A stretch of 64,000 nt of DNA from Lama glama. Taxonomy: Eukaryota. This document shows, in pieces, positions 60,741 to 64,000 of the stretch. A program made the position numbers and the translations under genes. Below the pieces are notes generated by a model that had not been told where the DNA came from, did not search any database, and worked only from the letters and a program-made list of their open reading frames with translations. The stretch covers positions 106,144,001 to 106,208,000 of the forward strand of contig CM052819.1 of the NCBI GenBank assembly GCA_028534125.1, written 5' to 3'. Within the stretch, counting starts at the first letter, position 1. Each line of letters begins with the position of its first letter.

Positions 60741-61351
60741 GCTGTGGGGCCGCCCTGGGCCCGTGTGAAGGCGGCTCCTGGGGAGAAGCCTCTTTGCATC
60801 TGCAGTTCAGTGCACGCGCGTCCCCCCGCCAGCCCAGGTGCAGGTCCCCTCACTGACTTCACTTTAAAGGGCTCACGAGGTAATTGTGGGAATACTTAGA
60901 GCTGGTTTAGTTCAGTGAGTGACCTGACTTGTAAACTAAATTTTATCAGATAATTTAAAATTCAACTATAATGAACTGAGCCCGTGGAAGGGCTGCCGGG
61001 CTGTGGGATTGGAGGTCACAGGCTCGCGCACCTGCCCCAGGCTTCAGTCACTGCTTCGCTGACGTGCGACGTCGTTTTATGGCTCTGCTGTCTTAGCTTG
61101 ACGCTTCAGATAGGTAACAGTTAAAATAAAATGCAAAAAACCCACTCAAACAGCCTGTACCATCAAGTTCTAAATGTGTGGTGACAGATCGCCAATTTTA
61201 ATAAGACTAAATTAACCAAAATGTGCGTGTGTGTGTTTGATCTTGAGTGAAGAGTTGCCAACATCAAGGGAAGAAATGGTGTAAATATTTAAGGTTTAAA
61301 ACTTCTCCTCCACAAACCCTCACCTTGCATCTGCTCATCCCCCACGGCACA

Positions 61352-61385
61352 GGGACGGGGTCCTGGGGGGACGGGGTCCTGGGGG
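61352..61385. repeat. 16-bp G-rich tandem duplication
   Basis: gggacggggtcctggg occurs twice. Confidence 0.8.
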
Positions 61386-63029
61386 TCCGGGCTGGCCAGA
61401 GCTGCCAGGGTCAGTGATGTGACCTAGGGGCTAAAAGCCTCAGCTCAGGCTCTGCCCACAAGGCCCCAGAATGCTGGACTTCTAGAGTGAAGAAGGCAGA
61501 CTTCAGCGAGCAGAGTTCTCTCCTGCCGGGACAGTGCCACCTGTCCTGGGGGCTCAGAGAGGTTACTCCGCCCCCGGGGGCCTCCAGCAGCTTGGGGGTG
61601 CAGACCTGGGGTGGGGTGGCCCCTCCAGCACCTGCAGCCCTGTGTCCGTGGAGGTGGGACGTGAGGCCTGTGGGCCGCCCCGCACCGGGTCTCTGGGTTT
61701 GGAGGTGCCCGCGACACACCGGGATCTATAGCTGCCTCCCCGCCCTCTGCAGCTGAATGACAGCCTGCTGGAAGGCAAGGTGAGGGGCACGCCTCCCCTT
61801 CGGACGTGGAGATCCAGCCTGGCCCAGACTCCCTTCCAGTTCTTCATCCAAGTGGGTTTTCCTTACATCTTACCACCTTCTCCACGAATACAGTGTCTGT
61901 TCAGTGGCAGATTCGGGTCTTTATTCCTGGGACGTGTTCTTCTACCATAGCTTTGGGCGCTTTCCCCCAGATGGTGTCTGGTCCTCAGACCCACGAGTCG
62001 TGTGTCTTTGGGCCCCCACCCTGTGGGTCTGGGCTGTCACGTCTCTAGTCTGTTCTTAAGTTTTTCCTTTTCCATTTAGTCTTGTTTGAGGTTTTTGTCA
62101 GATCTGATCATTTTTGTCCCTTTTGTACATTCCTCGTACATACATACATTCATGTCATTTCTTTCATCAACCCCCAGCTCAAAACCAAACCAAACCAAAC
62201 AACCCTGGGAGCGCTTACAAGCAGAGCAGCTCGGCCAAGGTCTTCCACCCTGGAGTGAGCAGACTTGCTCTGTCTTCCTTCAAGGACCAGCCGGATTTAC
62301 TTTGTATTTCAAAAGGTTTGTATTCTACTTTGTTTCTAATGGCCAGTAAGAAAGCATTTTTTAAAAGGATGCTTCAGAAGTATTCTTTAAGGAGGCCCCC
62401 TTTAAACCAGGGCTATCATCGTCCACCTAGTTCCGTCTCACGTTTGTGATCGAGCTTGGTAACAGCATCTGCTTCAAGCTTCCCTTCGTCTGTGACCAGG
62501 AGTCGGGACCCTCCCCGCGCAGCCCCAGGCCTCTCGGATTGGGCGTGGCCTCTGTGGCCAGCATTTATCCGTGGGCCGCCGTCGGTGGCTGCCTCTGGCT
62601 TTAAGTGGCCTTAGGCCATTGGAGCTAATTTTAGGGGCCTTCACTTCCTTCCCCACCCCCTTCTTCTTCTCCTTCTTCTTTCTTTTTTCAAATCTAACAC
62701 CTGTTGTACTGACTTGAACAATGTAGTTTTCATTTTAATCTAAATTCCTTGATAACGTCACCTTGGAAGACAATGGAGAAAGCTTACCCGAGTTCATGAT
62801 TCTAACTGAGTGGAGGAATGTTGCAAGCAGACCGAAAGCTATACCTGTCCTAACCTGCTTGAAACCGTTTCAACGTAGAACATCGAAGTGCGTTCCTTTA
62901 GAGAAGTGTGTGTGTGTTTCTTTGACTTATTACTGGGGGAACCTTACCTCATTAAACCAACAGACCGAGCAGCCATGCTCTCGCTGTAGCGGGTGGGCTG
63001 CAGGAACGCAGAGAGCTGGGGGCGAGCTT

Positions 63030-63160
63030 GGAGGGTCCTGGACCCGGAGCCCAGCTGTGACCTTGGACAGGTCACTTCGCCTCCCCGCTGGCAGGCCTCT
63101 GTCATAGAGCAGCTGAAGCAGAGGTGGCCCCTCCTGTGTCCTGCCCTGTCCTCACTGGGT
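63030..63160 (+). mobile_element. MIR core relic
   Basis: agctgtgaccttggacaggtcacttcgcctccc. Confidence 0.55.
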
Positions 63161-63300
63161 CTCCCCATAAGCCTGGGACACTGTCACTGTCACCTGGGAA
63201 CCGAGAGGGTAGAACTTGCCCTGACTCCTGAGCTAGAGGAGATAGAGCAGGCCTTCCATCAGGGAGACCTGCCCTGGCCTTCGAGCTGATGACCAGTAAT

Positions 63301-63398
63301 CATGGCCGCCCTGTACAGTTGTGCAGGTTGTACACTGCACAACTCCACTCAACACTTGAATGGCATCCCTAATGGTTGTAACACAAACGGTGGCTGTG
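63301..63398. mobile_element. MER91-like hAT-Tip100 MITE relic
   Basis: catggccgccctgtacagttgtgcaggttgtacactgcacaactcca...tgaatggcatccc. Internal 10-bp inverted repeat at 63317-63326 and 63335-63344. Confidence 0.7.
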
Positions 63399-64000
63399 TC
63401 CAGGCCACCCCTCGTGCAGTCCTTTCAGTCTCCTTTACTCAGATTTGGTGACATGTAAGTGAGCTAATGCACATGTAGTGACTGCAGGTGGTGGTCAGTT
63501 AATGACCTTGTCCTGCGCTGTGCCTCAGGGGCTGCTCCCTCTTCTATCCTCCCAGCGTGGTGCTTTCCGGCTCAGTTGTGGCCCTCATCTGGGCCTGTCT
63601 CCACCCATTACTTGGGATTCTCCCCCACGCTGGGCGGATGAGTCCTGCAGCTGGACCTCCAGCTCAGACCTGGGTCTGCCCGCGTCTTCTCTGGGGAGGG
63701 ATCCCCCCATCTCCAACTTGAGATGGCAGATAAAAATCCCAACAGCCCGCCCTGCCCCTAGTCCTCCGACCGTGGCGGCCCCATCTTCCCAGCTCTCGGG
63801 CCAAAAGCTGGGGCCGCCCTCTCTTCCCACCACACACCCAGCCCTCGGGACTGCCTGCCAGCCGAGCCACAGGACACGCCCAGAGTCTGCGGCCGTCAGA
63901 GCCAGCAGACCTGCTTGCTCAGGTCCCCTGACCTGTCTCCCTGGGGCAGCCCCTCCCACGCCCGCTCCTGCCCCCAGGCCGGGACTTCTGGCCACGGCAC

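Larger units (their letters stand above)
10584..64000 (+). other. Probable long first intron, continuing past the window end
   Basis: No recognisable coding exon downstream of the donor; the sequence is TE relics and unique non-coding DNA. Inference; short exons could have been missed. Confidence 0.5.

Noticed and set aside
63317-63344. Perfect 10-bp hairpin (possible miRNA or terminator)
   Set aside because: Explained by the internal palindrome of a MER91-like MITE; the stem is too short for a pre-miRNA.

Overview
GC-rich, CpG-rich mammalian genomic DNA, most likely camelid: the three tRNA-derived SINEs resemble the Tylopoda Vic-1 type, judged from memory of the consensus. I find no confidently identifiable protein-coding exon. 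The window has three parts: (i) ~10 kb of upstream DNA with a nested L1/SINE stack, a young solo LTR carrying a CCAAT/octamer array, and L2, MER58 and MLT1 relics; (ii) a CpG-island promoter (~9.9-11.8 kb) with a probable non-coding first exon on the + strand and a compound GC-rich minisatellite just inside intron 1; (iii) over 53 kb of apparent first intron filled with ancient L1M, L2, MIR, MaLR and hAT relics. The host gene is not identified. Almost all ORFs in the supplied track are explained by high GC or repeats. The best leads are the CCAAT/octamer solo LTR, a short upstream segment with strong codon periodicity (possible two-exon small ORF or gene relic at 7529-8208), the intron-1 minisatellite, a 28-bp near-perfect repeat 4.7 kb apart, and E-box/D-box/CLEAR motif patterns. 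I see no evidence for a new multi-gene system. All repeat family names are by-eye matches to remembered consensus sequences and need RepeatMasker/Dfam confirmation; most repeat boundaries are approximate.
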